A stretch of 64,000 nt of DNA from NCBI GenBank assembly GCA_020850015.1, contig JADZFF010000102.1, forward strand, positions 128 through 64,127, read 5' to 3'. The position numbers were made by a program, and so were the translations under genes. Each line of letters starts with the position of its first letter. Position 1 is the first letter of the stretch. This document shows, one piece after another, positions 63,849 through 64,000 of this stretch. The stretch is from Bdellovibrionales bacterium. Its GTDB lineage: Bacteria > Bdellovibrionota > UBA1018 > JADZFF01. The notes below the pieces were generated by a model. It did no database searches, was not told where the DNA came from, and saw only the letters and a list, made by a program, of their open reading frames with translations.

Positions 63849-64000
63849 ATGGGTATTCTTTCATCTCTTTACACCGGTATCACCGGTCTTCAGGCCAACG
63901 GCGAGGCGTTGTCGATCTACGGCGACAACCTGGCCAACGCGAACACCACCGGCTTTAAAACCTCGCGACCTGAGTTTCAGGACGTCGTGGCGAAGTCGCT
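63849..64000 (+). CDS. flgE: Flagellar hook protein FlgE, 3' end cut by window edge
   Basis: MGILSSLYTGITGLQANGEALSIYGDNLANANTTGFK. AAGGAGG RBS. Confidence 0.9.
   Translation, partial: MGILSSLYTGITGLQANGEALSIYGDNLANANTTGFKTSRPEFQDVVAKS

Overview
This is a high-GC, gene-dense chromosomal window from a flagellated bacterium with a 'deltaproteobacterial' gene repertoire, most likely Bdellovibrionota or Myxococcota (an inference from gene content only). Bases 1-16.6 kb hold a complete Tad/Flp type IVb pilus locus: three Flp-type pilins, CpaA, two TadE-like proteins, CpaB, CpaC, a fused TadZ-CpaF ATPase, TadB and TadC. Unusually, it also carries three consecutive FHA-domain membrane proteins (four FHA domains), a degenerate PP2C-like gene and a DUF192 gene, and it ends in a toxin-less RHS/YD-repeat protein. 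Bases 16.6-17.7 kb encode two tiny secreted proteins behind perfect sigma-54 promoters. The middle of the window is mostly housekeeping (lon, pgeF, rluD, gdhA, ddl, dprA, cpoB, metK, mlaFED). It is interspersed with a CheY/CheX-like operon, a J-like/ParA pair, an NtrC-type two-component system with nearby sigma-54 promoters, and a 78-bp palindrome. It also holds a second, pilin-less operon of secretin, ATPase and an unknown protein, facing a GspF-like membrane gene (37.9-42.8 kb). Bases 49-64 kb are a TPR protein, a receiver-less sigma-54 activator and a flagellar operon from flgB to flgE. No tRNA, rRNA, CRISPR array or transposase was recognised. All family assignments come from motif reading by eye, not from database searches.
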